Shown: piece after piece, positions 35,817 to 35,818 of the stretch
Numbering within the stretch: position 1 is the first letter of the stretch
Layout of the letters: each line of letters begins with the position of its first letter
Sequence record: DRR723986_28554
Reading direction: 5' to 3' (one strand)
Length of the DNA stretch: 35,818 bases
Notes under the pieces: generated by a model
Told to the model about the DNA's origin: nothing
The model's database searches: none
The model's input: only the letters and a program-made list of their open reading frames with translations
Position numbers and translations under genes: made by a program

Positions 35817-35818
35817 CA

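Noticed and set aside
29766-35818. paa cluster as a horizontally acquired island
   Set aside because: No integrase, transposase, tRNA or flanking direct repeats; it uses a native TAnnTTTG promoter and composition looks like the rest of the window by eye.
1-35818. CRISPR arrays, tRNA/rRNA genes, IS elements, prophage
   Set aside because: Intergenic regions are all under about 300 nt, and I found no repeat-spacer pattern, cloverleaf, transposase or phage gene by eye.

Overview
AT-rich chromosomal segment from a gliding, T9SS-bearing Bacteroidota organism, most likely Flavobacteriaceae (inferred from gldA/gldB/gldC, a T9SS cargo protein and TAnnTTTG promoters). It is mostly core genome: the 5' end of metK, a PagL-like OM barrel plus DUF2807 lipoprotein, gldA, an aromatic amino acid operon (pheA, aminotransferase, tyrA, DAHP synthase-chorismate mutase), rsgA-dtd-mazG-like-aroA, queA, rlmN, a T9SS adhesin-like protein, a polyprenyl synthase, an ASST-like lipoprotein, an ECF sigma/anti-sigma/OM-barrel trio, DUF481, dnaG, an atypical response regulator, nadE, gldBC, an amidohydrolase, a nonsense-interrupted gene, and the start of a TetR-controlled phenylacetyl-CoA epoxidase (paa) operon. 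I saw no transposase, phage, CRISPR, tRNA or rRNA. The most interesting signals are not in the ORF track: (1) a 21-codon Phe/Tyr/Trp-rich leader peptide with a complete attenuator before pheA; (2) a SAM-II-type riboswitch before metK with an apparent anti-aptamer helix; (3) an ECF sigma module resembling a split dual-membrane anti-sigma system, with a candidate autoregulated promoter; (4) a PaaR-like operator and a serine-racemase-family enzyme inside the paa operon; (5) a response regulator with Glu at the phosphoacceptor position; (6) two short ORFs that are one gene split by a single TAA. All family assignments come from motif recognition; no database searches were run.
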